NCBI GenBank assembly: GCA_963806225.1 | Contig: CAWDXG010000004.1 | Coordinates: forward strand, 1,696,001-1,760,000 | Direction of reading: 5' to 3' | Length of the DNA: 64,000 nt | DNA from: an uncultured delta proteobacterium | Lineage (GTDB): Bacteria > Myxococcota_A > Polyangia > Polyangiales > Polyangiaceae | Part shown: piece after piece, positions 28,826 to 38,622 of the stretch | Position numbering within the stretch: position 1 is the first letter of the stretch | Layout of the letters: every line of letters begins with the position of its first letter | Notes under the pieces: model-generated | What the model saw: the letters and a program-made list of their open reading frames with translations, nothing else | Databases searched by the model: none | Told to the model about the DNA's origin: nothing | Made by a program: the position numbers and the translations under genes

Positions 28826-30085
28826 TCAGGGCGTGTACGGGTTCTTCGGGGGCCCGCACTTCTGCAGGCTCGACACGGTCACTGCCGGGCCCGGCGCCAC
28901 CGTCAGGGCCTCGAAACCAATGCCCACGCTCAGGGCGTCGCAGCCGGCGGACTTGCTGTTCGCACCGTTGGCCAGCACGTCCGTGCTGCTGTCCAGCAGG
29001 TCCGTCACCTTCTTGTATTCCGCCGCGGACACCGGCTGGACGGGGGCCACCGTACCCGAGTCGCAGAACCCCACGTCGTTGAAAGACTGCTCCAGGTCGC
29101 TCTTGCGGATGCTGCCGCTGATGAGGGCGTCGCCCATGGCCCAGACGTTGTCCTGGTTCTTGAACAGACGCCCCGTCAGGAGGCCCTGCTGCAGAACGAG
29201 CGCGAAACCGTTGTGCACGGTCTGGTCGCCAATGAAGCGCAGCTGCTCGCCGTTCTGTAGGTGGGCCACCAGATAGCCGTCGCGTACGAATGCAGAGGGA
29301 TCGTTGGCGGTCTTGGCCTCGGGCAGGCCGCCCTGCGGGCCGACGGGGCCACCGAGTCCGGCCTGGTCCACCAACCAGGGTGCGCTCGGGAGCCAGGCGA
29401 TCTCCCCCTTCCACGCGTCGCCGCCTGCGCATTTCCAGGACGGCACGGCCGAAAGTCCTGGCGACATGTACAGATCCACGCGCACCTGGTCGTCGTCGAA
29501 CTTGCCGTTGTAGTGCGAGATCTTGAACAGGATGTTGAAACCGCCCCGGTACAGCTCGCAGTCGAAGTCGTTCTCGTTGATGCCGTACGCCACGCCGAGC
29601 TCTGGATCCGCCGCCAGCTGCGGCTCGATCTGGGCGAAGACGTTGTCCCGACATCCCTGCCCGTCCGCGGGCACTCCCGAGGCGCTGGTGCACCCGATGT
29701 CGTCTTTCGGCGCCGCGGCGCAGGAGACAGGATTGGTGCACAGGCCGTCCACGTCCAGTCCGAAGAACTGGTAGGGCTTCTTCCCCGCAGTCGGCGCGCC
29801 GTTGCCTTCCGGCGGGAGCGTGTTGGGCGGCGCGCTCTCGCCCAGGTACACCTTGGTCATCCCGAGGTAGATAGCGTCGATGTCCTTGCCCGCTGCGTGC
29901 GCGGGAGGCTTGCTGTCCGCGGGATTGGACACGTCGCGGCAGCCCTGCGGGGTCTTCGTCGACCACCAGCAGTCACCCCAGTGGCAGTCGGCAGCATGGC
30001 CGCTGCCCGGACCCTCGAGCAGGCTGGTCGTGTAGGTATTGCAAGCGACAACGGCCAGCCCGGCAGCCGTCAGCGAAAGGAACAT
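28826..30085 (-). CDS. Cys-containing lipoprotein, paralog of 26926-28746
   Basis: VVAC lipobox; GLDVDGLCT, DGQGCRDNVF, QVRVDLYMSPGL, CDALSVGIGFEA. Start could be GTG 30106. Confidence 0.8.
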   Translation of the reverse strand: MFLSLTAAGLAVVACNTYTTSLLEGPGSGHAADCHWGDCWWSTKTPQGCRDVSNPADSKPPAHAAGKDIDAIYLGMTKVYLGESAPPNTLPPEGNGAPTAGKKPYQFFGLDVDGLCTNPVSCAAAPKDDIGCTSASGVPADGQGCRDNVFAQIEPQLAADPELGVAYGINENDFDCELYRGGFNILFKISHYNGKFDDDQVRVDLYMSPGLSAVPSWKCAGGDAWKGEIAWLPSAPWLVDQAGLGGPVGPQGGLPEAKTANDPSAFVRDGYLVAHLQNGEQLRFIGDQTVHNGFALVLQQGLLTGRLFKNQDNVWAMGDALISGSIRKSDLEQSFNDVGFCDSGTVAPVQPVSAAEYKKVTDLLDSSTDVLANGANSKSAGCDALSVGIGFEALTVAPGPAVTVSSLQKCGPPKNPYTP

Positions 30086-30224
30086 CAAGCGCAGAAAGCC
30101 CCGCACGCCTCCAAGTCTAGCGCGGCGACCACCCGTGACAGCAAGCGTTCTGCCAAATCGGCCTCTCGAGGCGGCCGCAGCCACCAGCGCGGCCCCGACA
30201 GGTGCGGTAGCTTGCCGGACAGAC

Positions 30225-31049
30225 GTGAAGAGAGGAGCTAGAGCCTTGGCATTCCTGGCAACGCTCGGCGCGCTCTACGGAGCCGTGGCCGGGCTGGCGA
30301 CGGCAGCCCAGAAGCGGCTCATCTACCCCGCGCCGGGCGAGGTCATCGAGCCGCACGCGCCGGGGGCGGAGCTCTGGCGGCTCCCCGGCCACGACGGTCG
30401 CACCGTGTTCGCCCTGTACGCCAAGGCCCCGCCGGGTGCGCCGACGGTGGTGCACTTCCACGGCAACGGGGAGCAGCTTTCCGACCAGGCCCCGCTGGTA
30501 CGCGCGCTCGCAGGCGCCGGGCTCGGCGCCTGCGCAGTCGAGTACCCGGGCTACGGCCTGTCGCGCGCAAACGCCGTCAGCGAGCAGGCCATCTACGCCG
30601 ACGCCCAGACGGCGCTGCGCCACCTCGCCTCCCTCGGCGTCCCCGACTCGAGCATCGTGCTGGAAGGCCAATCGCTCGGCACCGGTGTGGCCGTGGAAAT
30701 GGCCCGACGCGGCTACGGCAGCCGACTCGTCCTGATCTCGCCGTACACGTCGATCGTCGACATGGCGCGTCGCGTCGCGCCGTTTCTCCCGGTGAGCCGG
30801 CTCGTCAGCGAGCGCTTCGACACGGCGTCCAAGGCCCGCTCCATCGCGCTTCCCGCGCTGGTGATCCACGGCGAAGACGACGAGATCATCCCGGTGTCGA
30901 TGGGGCGCGTCGTCGCGAAGCTGCTGCCGCACGCGGCGCTGGTGATCGTAGCCGGCGGCCATCACAACGACCTGTTCGCGGTCGACGGACGCGATCTGAT
31001 CCGCCGCATCGTCGCGTTTGCCAGAGATAGTCCGCATGCGACGCGGTGA
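30225..31049 (+). CDS. Alpha/beta hydrolase (ABHD13/Bem46-like)
   Basis: QKRLIYP, HFHGNGE, EYPGYG, GQSLG nucleophile, IHGEDDEIIP, GGHHND. Start approximate. Confidence 0.9.
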   Translation: MKRGARALAFLATLGALYGAVAGLATAAQKRLIYPAPGEVIEPHAPGAELWRLPGHDGRTVFALYAKAPPGAPTVVHFHGNGEQLSDQAPLVRALAGAGLGACAVEYPGYGLSRANAVSEQAIYADAQTALRHLASLGVPDSSIVLEGQSLGTGVAVEMARRGYGSRLVLISPYTSIVDMARRVAPFLPVSRLVSERFDTASKARSIALPALVIHGEDDEIIPVSMGRVVAKLLPHAALVIVAGGHHNDLFAVDGRDLIRRIVAFARDSPHATR

Positions 31050-31178
31050 TCTCCGCCTCGACTACGGCACGCGGCGGCGTTTGGCCGGGGATCACCAGGA
31101 AGGCGGGAAGGCGGGAAGGTTTTCCGGGGTCGACGGCTGGTTCTCCGGAAGAAAAGCAGCGACGTTGGCTTCGCCGGG

Positions 31179-32543
31179 CTAGTCGAGATCGCGGTCGGCG
31201 AGGTCGAGCAGTACGGGGCAGTGGTCGCTCAGCCGTGCGTACGCCGCAGGCATGCTCTTCGCGGGCAGGCGACTGCACGACGCCGCCGCGCAATAGCCCG
31301 CGACGACCGCATGCGTGCCGCTCGGGATCTCGCGGAGCGAGCGGGTCGCCAGGAAGTGATCGAGCAGACCGCCGTGTCCGCGGTAGTACTCCGAGCAGCC
31401 ACCGTCCGTGCCGACCTCCGTGAACGCCGGCGACAGCGCCGCCGCGGCGCGGCCGAGCTCTTTCGTCTCGTCGGGCGCGGCCACGGGTGGCGAGCAGTGC
31501 GGGCAGCCCATGGTGTTGAAGTCGCCGGCGAGCAGCACGTCGCGGTCGGCCTCTTCGCCTTGCGCCTCGCGGTACGCCGCCGCGATGCCGGCGATGGAGC
31601 GGCGTCTGAGATCGATGGAGCGCTGGCCGTCACCGCTCTTCAGGTGCACCGCGATCACATGCAGGTCGAGGCCGCCCTTGAAGCGGAAGTAGCCGCCGAG
31701 CCCCGGCCGGATCAGATCCTTGCACGCCTCCCCATACGGATTCAGCGCCGCGAACGTGTGGAAGTCGGCCGCGTTCACCCGCGCCGAATTGTAGAGCAGC
31801 CCCACGTGCTGGGCGGCTTCGTCGGGGCAGTCGTCGAAGCGCGCACGCCAACGCCCGTGGGTCAGCCGGTCGAGCCGCGTCAAGAGCTCGCCCATGCGGG
31901 CCCGGGCGGCGGGGTAGCGCTTGATCTCCTGCACCGCGAGCACGTCGACGTCGAGCCAGGCGATACCGCACGAAAGCCACGCGAGATCCGTCCCCGGGCC
32001 GTGCGGATGCGTGCCTGGATGGCCGTCGGGGAACCAGCGCAGGTTCCAGGTTCCGATGCGGGCGCGCCCCGCGGCGCGCGGCGCGTGGCGCCCCGCCGCG
32101 AGCGCCGCTTCGCACGCCTTGTCCGACGCCCACACGCTCGAGCTGTCGATCGGCTGCGGCTTCGACGCCGAGCCAACGTAGCGCTCGGTGATCCAGCCGT
32201 GCGTGCCGTCGGCGGCACGCACGCTGAGCCAGTGTCCGCCCTTGTCGCGCGCTTCCACGCGCACCTCGCTGCCGTCGGGCAGGCGCGCCGAGACGCTGCT
32301 CGTGCCGGGCTTGTCGTGCAGCGGCACGCCGAGCTTGCTCTTTGCGACCAGGCGCACCCGCGCCGGCTCGGGCTCGGGCGGGGTTCCGCTCGTGTGCGGC
32401 GGGCTCTGCCGCGCTGCCCGACCGGAGGCGGGATAACTGGTCGAGGCCGCGCCATGTGCCTCGCCCCCCGGCGCGCGGTCATGGCATCCACCCGCCGCGA
32501 TCAGCGCGGCGGCCAGAGCCAACGTCCGGATCGAAAAGCGCAC
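31179..32543 (-). CDS. Lipoprotein with SH3b-like domain and endonuclease/exonuclease/phosphatase (EEP) domain
   Basis: AGGC lipobox; LPDGSEVRV...WLSVR...GWITERYV; GTWNL, LAVQEI, HLKS, LAGDFN, LDH, SDHCP. Confidence 0.88.
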   Translation of the reverse strand: MRFSIRTLALAAALIAAGGCHDRAPGGEAHGAASTSYPASGRAARQSPPHTSGTPPEPEPARVRLVAKSKLGVPLHDKPGTSSVSARLPDGSEVRVEARDKGGHWLSVRAADGTHGWITERYVGSASKPQPIDSSSVWASDKACEAALAAGRHAPRAAGRARIGTWNLRWFPDGHPGTHPHGPGTDLAWLSCGIAWLDVDVLAVQEIKRYPAARARMGELLTRLDRLTHGRWRARFDDCPDEAAQHVGLLYNSARVNAADFHTFAALNPYGEACKDLIRPGLGGYFRFKGGLDLHVIAVHLKSGDGQRSIDLRRRSIAGIAAAYREAQGEEADRDVLLAGDFNTMGCPHCSPPVAAPDETKELGRAAAALSPAFTEVGTDGGCSEYYRGHGGLLDHFLATRSLREIPSGTHAVVAGYCAAASCSRLPAKSMPAAYARLSDHCPVLLDLADRDLD

Positions 32544-32622
32544 GATCGCGACCGTAGATCAACACCCCACGGGAAGCACACCGGCGCCTTGAAGGGCGCG
32601 CTCGATCCGCGTATGAACCCGC

Positions 32623-34749
32623 ATGAGCGACGCCGAACAGGCCGTGCGCCTGGAGCTGTCCGACCAGATCGCCACGTTGATTGTCGACAATCCGCCCGTC
32701 AACGCCCTGTCCGCGGCCGTGCTGACCGGGCTCGGAGAGCGGCTGCGCGCGGCCCACGCCGATCCACAGGTCGCGGCGATAGTGCTCGCCGGCGCGGCCG
32801 CTACGTTCGTCGCGGGTGCCGACATCTCCCGGCTGCAGGCGATCGGCAGGGGCGCGCCGCTGGGCTCGGGCGGCTCACTCGCGGCGATCCTGCCGCTGGT
32901 CGAGAGCGGGGAAAAGCCCACCGTCGCCGCTATCGACGGCTTCGCGCTCGGCGGCGGGCTGGAGCTGGCCATGGCCTGCAATGCTCGCGTGGGCAGCACG
33001 CGCTGCCGTGTGGGACTGCCGGAGCTGAAGCTGGGACTGATTCCGGGCGCAGGCGGCACGCAGCGGCTACCGCGACTGGTCGGCGTACGGCGCGCCGTCG
33101 ACATGATGCTCGGCAGCACGCAGATCGACGGCCGACAAGCGCATGAGCTCGGCATCCTGGACGAGCTGGTCGATCCGGGCAGCGACGTCGTCGAAAGAGC
33201 GCAGCAGGTGGCGCGTGAGCTCGCCGACGGACGCCGCGAGCTCAGCCGGGCGCTGGAGCGGGACGACCGGCTGGAGTCACTGGACGAAGCGCGCCGCATC
33301 ATCGCCGACGCGCGCGCCGCGGCTGCGAAGAAGCAGCGCAACGTCGGCTATCCCGATGCGTGCCTCGACGCCGTGCTCGAGGGCGTGGAGAAAGGCGCCG
33401 AAGCCGGTTTTTCGCGCGAGCAGCAGCTGTTCCGCGAGCTGCTCGTCTCGGACGCCGCGCGCGGGCTCATCCACGTCTTCTTTGCCACGCGTGCGGCAGG
33501 CAAGGTACCGGGCGTTACCGACGCGGGGCTCACGGCGAAGCCGATCCAGCGCGTCGGCGTGCTGGGCGGCGGCACGATGGGTTCGGGGATTGCGACGACG
33601 CTGATCTCGGCCGGCCTCGAGGTGCGGCTGAAGGACGTCGACGACGCCGCGCTCGAAGCGGGCGTCGCCCGCGTGCGCGGCAACATCGAGCGGAACGTGG
33701 AGAAGGGCCGCATCACCCGCGAGCAGGCCGACACGACGCTGGCGCGTCTGCGCGCCCAGACCGACTACGCCGGCTTCAACGCGCTCGACATGGTGATCGA
33801 AGCGGCCACCGAGAAGGTGGAGCTCAAGCAGCAGATCTTCCGCGAGCTTGCCCAGCACACGTCCGACCGCGCCATCCTCGCCAGCAACACCTCCACCATC
33901 GACATCGAGCGCATCGCACCGGAGGGGACCTCCGGGCGCCTGCTGGGCACGCACTTCTTCAGCCCCGCCCACATCATGAAGCTCGTGGAAGTGGTGCGCA
34001 CCGCGGACACCTCGCCGCAGATACTCCTCGACACGCTCGGGCTCGCGAAGAAGATCAAGAAGACCGCCGTCACCGTCGGCAACTGTCCCGGTTTCCTCAT
34101 CAACCGCATCTTCATGCGCTACGGGCAGGCGGCCGGCTGGCTCATCGACCGCGGCGTCGATCCGTACCGCGTCGACCGGGCGCTCTACGCCTTCGGCATG
34201 CCCATGGGACCGAACCGCATGGGCGATCTCGCCGGCCTGGACGTGAGCGTCTTCGCGGCCGGCATCATGGACGCCGCCTATCCCGAGCACTCCTATCGCT
34301 CGGTTCTGCGTCGACTCCTGGTGGAAGCCGGACGTCTCGGCGAAAAGAGCGGCAGCGGTCACTACCGCTACGAGGGCAGGAACGCCGTGGAGGATCCGGA
34401 GCTCGCCGATTTCGTGGCGCGCGCCCGCGAGGCCGCCGGAAACCCCGAGCCCATCTCGCCAAGCGACGAGGACATCGTGCGGATGGCGCTGTTCGGCGTC
34501 GTCAACGAAGCCTGCCGCGCCATCGAGGAAGGCATCGTGGTCCGCCCGGGCGACATCGACGTGGCCGCCATCCTGGGCATGGGCTTCCCGGCCTACCGCG
34601 GTGGCCCCATGAAATGGGCCGACACAATCGGCGCCCGCGCCGTGCACGACGCGCTGGCCGGCTGGCAGGAGCGCCACAACGCGAAGCTCTTCGAGCCCAG
34701 CCGCCTGCTCGCCGAAAAGGCGAAGAGCGGCGCGTCGCTGCTCGACTGA
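32623..34749 (+). CDS. Fatty-acid beta-oxidation multifunctional enzyme (enoyl-CoA hydratase / 3-hydroxyacyl-CoA dehydrogenase, FadB/FadJ-like)
   Basis: NPPVNAL, AGADI, ALGGGLELAMAC, GLPELKLGLIPGAGGTQRLPRL; GVLGGGTMGSGIA, ASNTSTI, HFFSPA, GFP..RGGPM. Confidence 0.95.
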   Translation: MSDAEQAVRLELSDQIATLIVDNPPVNALSAAVLTGLGERLRAAHADPQVAAIVLAGAAATFVAGADISRLQAIGRGAPLGSGGSLAAILPLVESGEKPTVAAIDGFALGGGLELAMACNARVGSTRCRVGLPELKLGLIPGAGGTQRLPRLVGVRRAVDMMLGSTQIDGRQAHELGILDELVDPGSDVVERAQQVARELADGRRELSRALERDDRLESLDEARRIIADARAAAAKKQRNVGYPDACLDAVLEGVEKGAEAGFSREQQLFRELLVSDAARGLIHVFFATRAAGKVPGVTDAGLTAKPIQRVGVLGGGTMGSGIATTLISAGLEVRLKDVDDAALEAGVARVRGNIERNVEKGRITREQADTTLARLRAQTDYAGFNALDMVIEAATEKVELKQQIFRELAQHTSDRAILASNTSTIDIERIAPEGTSGRLLGTHFFSPAHIMKLVEVVRTADTSPQILLDTLGLAKKIKKTAVTVGNCPGFLINRIFMRYGQAAGWLIDRGVDPYRVDRALYAFGMPMGPNRMGDLAGLDVSVFAAGIMDAAYPEHSYRSVLRRLLVEAGRLGEKSGSGHYRYEGRNAVEDPELADFVARAREAAGNPEPISPSDEDIVRMALFGVVNEACRAIEEGIVVRPGDIDVAAILGMGFPAYRGGPMKWADTIGARAVHDALAGWQERHNAKLFEPSRLLAEKAKSGASLLD

Positions 34750-34908
34750 GCGCGCGACAGGCGCCTCCCGAAGAGGCCGACCGGGCCGTGTACGGTTTTC
34801 CGCAGTTCGTCGCGGCCCGGCTACCTGACGGAACCCAGAGCATCGTCGAATCGACTAGCCCTCGAAATCGGTCTTCTGCTTTGATAGCCTGCAGCGAAGC
34901 GGGAGGGC

Positions 34909-35370
34909 ATGGTGTCGGTGAGTCGAAGTGTCGTATGTCTCTTTCTCGCCGGCTCTCTGGCAGTCGGCTGCTCGAGTTCGACTGGCAACGGTGGCGTCAG
35001 CAAGCAGTGTCAGGATGCTTGCAACCGCGCCGCACAGCTGTGCCCGTCGCAGTACCACGACCAGGCAAAGTGCCAGAGCGGTTGCTCGACGGGGTCACCC
35101 GGTGAGATCGCATGTTTCAGTGTAGAACAAACCTGCGACCTGCTACAGAAATGCACCGGCGAAGGCGGGGGAGGGGCCGCCGGAAGCGGCGCAACCGCGA
35201 CCCCGCAGCAGTGCCAATCGGCCTGTCAACATGCGGCACAGGTCTGCCCCGATCAGTTCCACGACACAGCCAAGTGCGAAAATGGCTGTCTGCAGGCAAC
35301 ACCGGGCCCTGCCGCGTGTCTCCAGGCAGAGACGACATGCGCTCTGCTGGAGCTCTGCGAAAACCGCTAG
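34909..35370 (+). CDS. Small lipoprotein with two copies of an 8-Cys domain
   Basis: GGGAGGG RBS; LAVGC lipobox; C-x3-C-x6-C-x9-C-x3-C-x9-C-x6-C-x5-C occurs twice. Confidence 0.8.
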   Translation: MVSVSRSVVCLFLAGSLAVGCSSSTGNGGVSKQCQDACNRAAQLCPSQYHDQAKCQSGCSTGSPGEIACFSVEQTCDLLQKCTGEGGGGAAGSGATATPQQCQSACQHAAQVCPDQFHDTAKCENGCLQATPGPAACLQAETTCALLELCENR

Positions 35371-35489
35371 CGACGTACAGATTGCGGTAGCTACCGCGAT
35401 CGCGCCCGCGATCGGGAGCAGCTGACGAAGGGCCAGAATCCCATTCTTGTTCCCCCCTCGCTTCTCACGTATCCAAGGAGTCAGGGACC

Positions 35490-37433
35490 ATGCCCGACTC
35501 ACACGACACCCTCTCCGCCCTCGAACGCACGAATATTCCGTCACAGATGGCGGATGGCGTCGTGTACCGATTGGAACGGCTTCTGGGTGAAGGCGGGATG
35601 GGAGCGGCGTTCCTGGCGAAGCGGACCGCGCGCGAGGGCGAAGCTCCGGTGGTGGTGAAGCTGGTCAGACCGGAAGTGGTGCGGGCGTCGGGGCAGGCCG
35701 CAGCGCTGCTGGTGAGCAAGGAGGCAGTCGCGCTCGGCCGGCTCAACGAGCGGGTACCACCAACGCCGTTCGTGGTGCGATTGATCGACACGGGGACGAT
35801 CGAGACGCGCGTGGGGGGAGCGCCGGTCACGCTGCCGTGGCTCGCGCTCGAGTACATCGACGGCGGCCCGGAAGGCACCACGCTGCAGGAGCGTATCCAC
35901 TTGACCGTTCAGCGCAGTGGCACCGCGTTCGATACCGAACGCGCTGTGCGCACCGTGGAAGCGCTCACCGGCGGGCTGTCCGCGATCCACGGCGAGGGCG
36001 TGATCCACCGCGATCTGACGCCGGGCAATGTGCTGTGCTGCGGCGTCGGTGACGACGAGATCTTCAAGATTGCCGATTTCGGGATGGCACGCCCGAGCGG
36101 CATGGCGGCGACGTTCGGCGGCGTCGCGTTGGGGACGCCCGGCTACGCGGCACCGGAGCAGTTCGGCGCGGAGCCCGCGGCGATCACACCGGCCAGCGAC
36201 GTGTTCAGCTTCGCGTGCGTCATCTACTACCTGCTCACCGGCGAACCGCTTTTCCGCGTCGGCTCCGCCGCCCAGGGCCTGGTCGCCGTCAACAGTGCCA
36301 CTCGCCGCAGCGTGGCCGACGCGAAGGCACTGTGCAGCGACCTGCGCGCGAGACCGTCGGCCTGCGCAGCCATCGACGCCGAGCTCGCCCAGGCCACCGC
36401 CGTGGACCCGCCACGGCGCCAACAGAGCGCTAGCGCGCTCGGCCAGCTCGTGATCGCCGCCCTCCGCCCTCCAAGCCGCCTGCGCCCGTCCGGGCGGCGG
36501 TACTCGAGCCAGGGTGGCAGCGCGCCGACCGTCCTGACGGGATGGCAATGGACGACCCGACACCACCCCGGGGGCGACGTTGTCGTCCGCGCGAGCGCCT
36601 GGGACGGTGACGGCCGTTGTCTGGCGGCAACCGATCGTGGGCTGTGGTTCTGGAACGGGACCTCCTGGCAGACAGCGCCGGACAACGGAGTGCCGCCGCC
36701 GGACCAGATCGGTTTCGTGCGACGACTGTCCGCTGGGCTGTGGCTGATCGGCGGTTTTCGTGGCTACCTCGCGGTGTATGGACAGGACGGAGTGCAGGAA
36801 GTGCTCCCGCGTCCGGACGAGGACGTGACTTTCGAGGCGGCCAGCGGCGATCTGGCGGACCTGGGCGTGCTCGTGGGAACCAGGAACGGTGCGCCCCCGC
36901 TCCTGTACGCAGTCTGCGGCCGGCGCTGGCTGCGGCCGGCATCACTCAGCAAGGCGGCATCCGTCTCGTCGCTCGCACGTCTGGACGACGAGACCTGGCT
37001 CGTCGCCGGTCGGACGCCGAAGAACGCCGGCTTCGTCGCGCGCTACCGACCCCTGATGTGGGACGTGTCCAAGCAGAACGTGCCCCGTGCGCGCGCCTAC
37101 ATCGCCGCCGCAGCCCACGCGGAGTCGGCGACGGCTGTGGTGGCCGGAAGCGGCGGCCACACCGTGCGCTTCAAGGATGACACGATGACCCCCGCCGCCG
37201 TGCCCGGCGAGCCGGACCTGTCGGCGATCGATCTCGATGCCTACGGGCGCTGCTGGGTCGCGAGCCGGGGCAAGCTCTGGCTCCAGAGCCAGGATCGTCC
37301 GACGGACTGGACGCCCATCTGGTCCGATCCCAGCTGGTCGGTTCCCATCGTGAGCCTGTTCGCAAGCCCTGGCGCGGTCATCGCGATGAGCGCCGACGGC
37401 GGCATCCTCGAAGGACGGCTCGACCCACTGTAG
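35490..37433 (+). CDS. Hanks-type Ser/Thr protein kinase with Trp-rich, probably beta-propeller C-terminal domain
   Basis: AAGGAG RBS; LGEGGMG, VVVK, HRDLTPGN, IADFG, GTPGYAAPEQ, SDVFS. Confidence 0.92.
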   Translation: MPDSHDTLSALERTNIPSQMADGVVYRLERLLGEGGMGAAFLAKRTAREGEAPVVVKLVRPEVVRASGQAAALLVSKEAVALGRLNERVPPTPFVVRLIDTGTIETRVGGAPVTLPWLALEYIDGGPEGTTLQERIHLTVQRSGTAFDTERAVRTVEALTGGLSAIHGEGVIHRDLTPGNVLCCGVGDDEIFKIADFGMARPSGMAATFGGVALGTPGYAAPEQFGAEPAAITPASDVFSFACVIYYLLTGEPLFRVGSAAQGLVAVNSATRRSVADAKALCSDLRARPSACAAIDAELAQATAVDPPRRQQSASALGQLVIAALRPPSRLRPSGRRYSSQGGSAPTVLTGWQWTTRHHPGGDVVVRASAWDGDGRCLAATDRGLWFWNGTSWQTAPDNGVPPPDQIGFVRRLSAGLWLIGGFRGYLAVYGQDGVQEVLPRPDEDVTFEAASGDLADLGVLVGTRNGAPPLLYAVCGRRWLRPASLSKAASVSSLARLDDETWLVAGRTPKNAGFVARYRPLMWDVSKQNVPRARAYIAAAAHAESATAVVAGSGGHTVRFKDDTMTPAAVPGEPDLSAIDLDAYGRCWVASRGKLWLQSQDRPTDWTPIWSDPSWSVPIVSLFASPGAVIAMSADGGILEGRLDPL

Positions 37434-37571
37434 GCCGGAGGCGCGGCGCGGGCGCGCCCCTCCGCGCCACGACGGCCGGCCGAGCACGCAGCGTGAGGGC
37501 CCTCCGCCGCGCGCAGCGGAAGCGAGCACGGCGAGCGCGGCAGCTCCGCCCTCGGCGGGGGAGCAGCCCCA

Positions 37572-38528
37572 TCAAGGCGGCGGCTCGATCGTCACTTTCG
37601 CTTCCACGTGGCGGCCGGAGGCCAGGGTGAAGTAGCCGCGGCCCGGCTTGTCGTGCGTGGGCGGCTTGAAGCCGAGTTCGATCGTGTCTGTGGGCTCGAC
37701 GTCGATCTGGTCGGAGGGAGCCCGCATCGAGACATCGAGCTCGACGTGGAGCTTCTCGGCGCCGGACGCGACATTTCTCTGGTCGAGTGCGAACTGGCCG
37801 GCCTGGAGCATCAGGAGGGTGCGGGCGAGCAGATGCTGGAGCACGGGCGAGAGGGTCTTCTCGTCGGGCTTGGCGCTGGCGAGATGGCGCTGGTCGTCGA
37901 TCTGGATGACCAGGTGGAATCCGCCCGCCGGACCGAGCGGGAGCTTCGACCAGAGCGGGTCGCCGCTGGCAGCGCGGGGCAGCGCGCGGGTGAAGGCCTT
38001 GGCCAGATCGCGCACGCCGGGCAGCACACCGGCGGCGCCGAACTGGCCTCCATGCGTCGCGTCGTGGCCGTCCGCGGCGGCGGCCATGGCGTGGGCGAGA
38101 TCGGGAGCGGCGCCGGCGGACGGGCGCGGCGGCGTGCCGGACGGCGCGGGCGCGGGGGCGCGGGCCGACGCGCGGACCGGCGCGGACGAGCGGGCCGGAG
38201 CGGGCGCTTTGGCGCCGGTCTTCGCCGCGAGCACGGCAGCGGCCTTGGCGGGCGCCGCCGCTGGAACCGTCGGTGCCGGGACAGGCCTGGGAGCGGGGGC
38301 CGGCCGGGTCGCAGGCGCGGAGTTGTGGTGTTGCGCTCCGCCGCGTTCGGAGACGAGGCCGTCGATCTGGAAGGTGTTCCCGGCCCAGGCGTCGTGGTGC
38401 TGCACGTGCGCGGGCGGCGGCGGCAGCACGGTCAAGAGCCCGACCCCGAGCAGCCCCAGGCCCGCGTGTAGCGCCGCGGAAAGCGCCAGCGGGCCCCAGG
38501 GGCCGAGCTTGTCCGGAGTCGCTGTCAT
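37572..38528 (-). CDS. Single-pass membrane protein with Pro/Ala linker (TonB/TolA-like architecture)
   Basis: GGAG RBS; LALSAALHAGLGLLG (S-x-x-x-H TM motif), long Pro/Ala linker, C-terminal globular domain. Confidence 0.65.
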   Translation of the reverse strand: MTATPDKLGPWGPLALSAALHAGLGLLGVGLLTVLPPPPAHVQHHDAWAGNTFQIDGLVSERGGAQHHNSAPATRPAPAPRPVPAPTVPAAAPAKAAAVLAAKTGAKAPAPARSSAPVRASARAPAPAPSGTPPRPSAGAAPDLAHAMAAAADGHDATHGGQFGAAGVLPGVRDLAKAFTRALPRAASGDPLWSKLPLGPAGGFHLVIQIDDQRHLASAKPDEKTLSPVLQHLLARTLLMLQAGQFALDQRNVASGAEKLHVELDVSMRAPSDQIDVEPTDTIELGFKPPTHDKPGRGYFTLASGRHVEAKVTIEPPP

Positions 38529-38622
38529 CGCCGACACTCCCATTGTGACACCACCGAGCCCGTCAGGTTTCACGGCGCCGGAATCGCGCTGGCCGACGCG
38601 GCGTTCGTGGAAACAGGCCCGG

